Origin: Lytechinus pictus
Taxonomy: Eukaryota
Reading direction: 5' to 3'
Length of the DNA: 64,000 bases
Assembly: GCF_037042905.1 (NCBI RefSeq)
Contig: NC_087250.1
Span: 16,618,001-16,682,000, forward strand
Shown: piece by piece, positions 63,055 through 64,000 of the stretch
Numbering within the stretch: the first letter of the stretch is position 1
Layout: every line of letters begins with the position of its first letter
Made by a program: the position numbers and the translations under genes
Notes under the pieces: model-generated
What the model was told of the DNA's origin: nothing
Seen by the model: the letters and a program-made list of their open reading frames with translations, nothing else
Databases searched by the model: none

Positions 63055-64000
63055 GTAAAACTACTTACATCTTAACGAATAATAATTTTAATTGTAATTG
63101 GCTTGATTAAGTACGTTTTCTGATGATATTTTTCGAATTGGGGTTCAATTTTGTGTACAGGTCATGATGACAAAGCAATTTTCTTGAAACACAGCATGAA
63201 ATCGTTTGGGTGGGACTGAAATTTAGACAGAGTCGCCGGCTTCGGTGCTCTTCCATAGGCATAGCCGCGCCGACTGGTCTGGGGACGGGTTTTCAAGCTC
63301 AGCATCGGGTGATGGTTCATTGCCGCATTAACGTTAATGCACGATCCATCAGTTTGAGTTAGTGCACCAGTTTGAGTCCTTTGAAATTTGACGATTTTAG
63401 ATCAGGGCCATGCCCAGTGGTGTCAAAACTTCAATTTCATGCACATTCATCAGTTCATCATTCATGCATTTTCATAAATTTAAAAAATATTCGTCAAGCA
63501 AAAATTACTGATTCACAAAATGCAAAACCAATTCAATTGATGGCGGCAAGATCTAGTCTTGAGGACGCAATGATGATGACTTAAAATAATGAAATATACT
63601 TCTTCATCATTGACGTCTTGACACTCTTCCCATAGTGATAGTCGCAGAAAAAGCCAGAAGAGAAGAACCAAAACAAAGTCAAAGATGGATTTCCTAGGGA
63701 AATCCATCTTTTAAAACCAAATTACCAAAATCATGTGAAGTTTATGAATTTTATTGAGTTTATGAATTTTATTGATTTTTACACCTTCCTACGCCTAATG
63801 CGTAACAATTATGATATAAAAATGTAGAAAATAAAGGTTTCTTACCTAACCTAACTGATGCCGCGTAGACCCCTCGATCCACATGTAAACAACGGAAATA
63901 CAATAGCTTCGACCCTTGAACCATTTATGTATGACGTACTTCCGGCTAGCAATGCCGTTCTGACGAATAGAAAAAAATTAGTATTTCACAAATACTAAAA

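Overview
This is AT-rich, repeat-dense eukaryotic (animal) genomic DNA with spliceosomal introns. The repeat and gene families suggest an invertebrate deuterostome, probably a sea urchin (inference). Host genes, all on the + strand: a 4-exon CHST11-like carbohydrate sulfotransferase (18271-23807), a RING-less B-box/coiled-coil/beta-propeller TRIM-like protein (50874-52589), a divergent heparan sulfate 3-O-sulfotransferase-like gene (58027-59118), and a probable first coding exon resembling PSMD2/Rpn1 (62971-63054). Most of the rest is mobile DNA: a young full-length BEL/Pao LTR retrotransposon (7973-15024, 622-bp LTRs, CCCTC TSD), several LINE fragments, an Academ-like 6.3-kb TIR element splitting a LINE, a four-level SINE>MITE>LINE>Kolobok-like nest, a 3.5-kb foldback composite and many MITEs. 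The top finding is that the BEL element has no tRNA primer-binding site. Instead, 11 nt just inside the 5' LTR end (8600-8610) are the exact reverse complement of its predicted transcript 5' end (8277-8287, TATA-Inr), which points to Tf1-style self-primed reverse transcription. Also notable are a duplicated CRE + IRF-element promoter module upstream of the TRIM-like gene and loss of catalytic-loop residues in the HS3ST-like protein. All alignments were made by eye; no searches were run.
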